DNA of 64,000 nt, taken from Eledone cirrhosa (taxonomy: Eukaryota). Every line of letters starts with the position of its first letter. The first letter of the stretch is position 1. The stretch spans positions 438,960,001 to 439,024,000 of the forward strand of contig OZ024740.1 of NCBI GenBank assembly GCA_964016885.1, written 5' to 3'. The translations under genes and the position numbers were made by a program. Shown piece by piece: positions 59,255-64,000 of this stretch. The notes under the pieces are model-generated. The model ran no database searches. It worked only from the letters and a program-made list of their open reading frames with translations, and was not told the origin of the DNA.

Positions 59255-60582
59255 ATCATGTATATATATAATAATTATAACGAGCCAGACAATTAGATTT
59301 CGTCTAGGATCGTCGCATATATAGGGAGGTGTATGTCGGTGTGTATATGTGTATATATGTTTGTAAGCGTGCGTATATCTCTCTGTGAGTGTGTGTGTAT
59401 GTGTTTGTAAGGGTGTGTATATTTGTGTATGTGTCTGTGTGTGTACGTTTGTGCATGTGAGTGATTTTGGAGGAGTTAAAATGGGTGGTTTTATTTCATT
59501 GTACGAGTATATATTCTTTTAGTCCCCTACTGTGTTTAGTCATTGGACTGTGTCCATGCTGGAGCTCTACCGTTATGTATATACATAATGCATAATCTTT
59601 TGTGAGTGTATATGTTTCAAAATGTTGTGTGATATGGATGTATGACGCGAGACTGTGTCCATTGCGCGTCTGTAAACTTTAGGGTCTAAAAAGTGTCATT
59701 AATCCACCCAGATACTTCAAAAGCAACTAATTTTAACTAGCTCTACTACTGCTACTTCGGCAATAGCAAATTACTCAACACTCGGCATTGTTTCAGAGAA
59801 CTAAACAAGGTCAAAACATCATAAGGGAAATTGCTCACCTACTATTAATTTATAAACGTAATCTGTGTGACAGATCAAACCAAATAACCTTTGGGGGGCC
59901 ATTCAATTGGAGCGCAGCAGAGACAAAAGCTGCTCTGAAACTAATTGAAGCAAAATACTAAAAGAGAGATCGATGATATATTTACTAAAGTACAAAGAGA
60001 CAGAAACACAGATGGCATTCGCTAAGTCCCCCTGGGATAATGCTGATAAACAGGAACTACATTTTATCTGCTAAATCCTCTGAACGATAAAGAGATGATC
60101 CCTGGTCCAGCAGTAAGCCCCCAAAAGTGACTTAACCGACAGAACAAATGTGAGATGACTAACAAATAAATGTAAAGAGACTCTGGAGCTAATATAAAGC
60201 TGGACCCGAGTAATTGGTAGCATTATATATAGAGGGGGGGATTGAGAGAGAGAGGGGGAATAGTGAGAGAGAGGGAGGGGGAAGAGTGAGAGAGAGAGAG
60301 GGGAGAGTGTGAGAGAGAGAGGCGGAAAATGAGAGAGAGAGAGGGGAAGAGTGAGAGAGAGAGAGGAAGAGTGAGAGGCATATATATCTCGAGAGAGTAA
60401 AGAGAGCGTGAGTAAGAAAGGAGGAAAGGGTTGCGTAAGTGATTGGGAGAAATAATGACTTAAAGGAAAAGAGAGAGAGATATAGTAATAAGAGTGAGAA
60501 AAAGAAGAAGAAGAAGAAGAAGAAGAAGAAGAAGAAGAAGAAGATAATATTCTTTAGAGAAACAGAAAGACGACAGGTAGGC

Positions 60583-60629
<47 letters not shown>

Positions 60630-60754
60630 TTTAGTACAGCTTTGACGAAGCTTTAGTATACGGCCAAGCTAGTGTATATGCATAAACGGTATGTAGCTTT
60701 AGCACTCGGATGAGGTAAGACCCCAGAGTAATAACATTAGGTTCAGACAGCTTA

Positions 60755-60849
<95 letters not shown>

Positions 60850-61448
60850 AATGAAAATAGAGAAATTAATGTAAGAAAGAAGCCAACAGTAATTCAGACA
60901 TATAAGTGACTATTACGTCAAGATGAAAAATATTTAACGTAAGATATGGGAAAATAATCCCAATTCAAAACAAGTCAAGACCAGAAATTTTATGCACAGA
61001 TTTTGTGTAATCCGGGGAAAAAACCAATAGAATCTTAACTCAAAATAAAATTAAGAGTAAATACTTATCCGTCAATTTGGAAATATCTACAATTGCATTA
61101 TATAGTTTTAAAAATACTATTTCACGAAATTTTCAGTGGGGTTAGTCACGGGTGGCACCGTTCCTCAGTAGTGCTCAACAACGTTAACTAAGAAAAACAG
61201 CTGAATTATGCCAATGGGGAATTTAAAAGCAGGCTAGTCAAACCTCGTGTGGAATTGAATTAATAAACACACATGGAGACAGGGCTAGTGACGTCAGAAT
61301 GAGACGAATGTCCGTTTACAAGAAACCGCGGTCAAAACATTCCGAAAAAAATTCAACAAAAGATATGGAGTTCAGCATAAAGCAATATTATCGCGGTTTA
61401 AAAAAACAAAAACCGGGATTAGTATATATATATATATATATTTATATA

Positions 61449-62164
<716 letters not shown>

Positions 62165-62820
62165 ATATACATATATATATATATAGATATAAGGGAGAGA
62201 TTGGGAAGGGGAGAGAAGATAAACGAGAGGGGGAGGGGAGAGAATAGAACGGTGAGATATAGAAAGCAAAAATTGGTACAAGTTTTGTTAGAATCCTCCC
62301 GCTATCGTTATATATGTATGTACACGCACAAACACACACATACACACACACATATATACATACATACATATATACATACATACATGATGGCTGCCCCCTC
62401 GTCATCGAGTATGGCGATTGTATGATATACCATTATTAATAATTAGTAATTAATTCTACCGTGCAATGCTTGTGCGTGAAGATTTTTTTTAAAGTGAGGA
62501 AAGACTGTGCACTGAACCAATTCCACTCTCTGAGAGACAGTAGCTATAACCCGAAAAGAAGAAAAGATCAATATCATCGGTAACTACCGAGCCGCAGGTT
62601 TTATATCGGAGTTATCCCAGTTTACTGAGTTGCCTTCTCCTAGAAGAATGCCCTGACAAAGGCTAGGGGTCCTTCACCCCCAGTGGTTTAACCGCGCGAT
62701 CGGGTGTCCAGCCCGACTATTTCTATGTCCCCGCGCATATACATACACATGCACCCATGTATATACACATATATATATACATACATATGTACATGTGTAT
62801 ATAAATATTTACACACTTTC

Positions 62821-62993
62821 GGATGGCCATTGACACTTATGAGTTCTTCCGCCCTTTGTCAGGTTTTGTTTTTTCCTGCAGGGTGTCCAAAATCACCTTC
62901 CTCACCAAGTAAACTTGGTGGGGTTGCCGGTTTAGTCGCCGATGACCCGACCATGCGACAGATTCTACTGGGTTACATGCTACCAGTAGCACT
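62821..62993 (-). repeat. Interspersed repeat, inverted copy of 35352-35526
   Basis: Reverse-complement similarity over about 170 bp. Confidence 0.75.
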
Positions 62994-63644
62994 CAAGAGT
63001 GACTCGACATAATATTACATACATACATACATGCATCCATATACTTACAAAGATATATTCACACACATAAAAATGCGGGTTCACTCTCCATTCTTGCATA
63101 TTCTATAAACACAATGTAGGTAAAAGAATACATGTTAAAATCAGTGATCTGTAGTTATCATAAGTTTCATATACAAAAATATTCATTCCATTATTATCAG
63201 ACTCTCATATAAACCTCTCACTTTATAGGTAAGTGTTTATATAAAGACTTGAAAATATTAAAACCTTACAACATAGATAACCTATTTCAGTTTATGCCTA
63301 TTAAAGTGTTCCTCAAGTTAACCCTTTACCATTTAAACCAGCCATATCCGGCCAGTCTCTCCCCTGTTTCTCTTCAAACCAGGTGTAATAGATTCGATAT
63401 TATGTAAGATAAGTATGTGAGATAAAGCCTTTACTGTGAAAATATAAATGCAAATATAGAAAAATGTAAATGCTAAAGATGTAACTACGGTGCCAGATTA
63501 AATGGATGGCAATTGTATGAATTTCGGGAGAAAATTGTAAACCAGGATAAGGAAATCACTGGATATCGATCTAAACCCTTATTATTAGTACATATATAAC
63601 AAATTAGAGTGACAGATAGAATGAGAAATTAGTGTCTGTAAGTG

Positions 63645-63679
<35 letters not shown>

Positions 63680-64000
63680 CGGGCGAGAGGAGAGAAGAGA
63701 GTCAGTGAGGAGAAGGGGCGAGAGGAGAGAAGAGAGTCAGAGAGAGAGAGAGGGGGGCGATGGAAGAGAGTCAGAGAGAGAGGGGGCGAGAGGAGAGAGT
63801 CAGAGAGAGAGAGAGAGGGGGCGAGAGAAGAGAAGAGAGTCAGAGACAGAGGGGGCAAGAAGAGAGAAGAGAGGCAGAGAGGGGGGCGAGAGGAGAGAAG
63901 ATAGTCAAACTGAGGGTACGAGAGGAGAGAAGAGGTTGTCTCACCTTTCACCTGTTATCTCACCTCTCTCACCTGTTGTCTCACCTCTCTCACCTGTTGT

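Noticed and set aside
60628-60760. Short insert between (TA)n tracts with UUGACGA...UAAACGGUA and a GCACTC motif
   Set aside because: Too many deviations from the hammerhead core to call, though it may be a relic of the same class.

Overview
This is AT-rich eukaryotic, repeat-dominated DNA. The tRNA-SINE families and long (TA)n tracts resemble those I recall from octopod cephalopods; that taxon call is an inference. I found no confident host gene, and almost all listed ORFs are repeat artefacts. The first 22.5 kb hold two satellite arrays (36-bp and 65/66-bp units), each with a kb-scale internal duplication. The rest is a mosaic of microsatellites, tRNA-derived SINEs, decayed RTE- and R4-clade LINE fragments, a Tc1/mariner-type MITE whose terminal repeat has been amplified into a minisatellite, and a Helitron-like element. 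The main finding is a dense set (27.7-62 kb) of at least eight short non-coding element families with no sequence similarity I could see between them. Most sit beside (TA)n tracts and are built as fold-backs or partial tandems. Each carries a minimal type-I hammerhead ribozyme motif (stem I-CUGANGA-stem II-GAAA-short, often palindromic stem III-NUH-stem I), intact or decayed. One family shows a compensatory stem-I change between its two copies. A 5'-truncated Penelope-like element with a recognisable GIY-YIG C-terminus and the same type of motif lies among them and may represent the autonomous partner lineage. All RNA structures were folded by eye and need computational and experimental confirmation.
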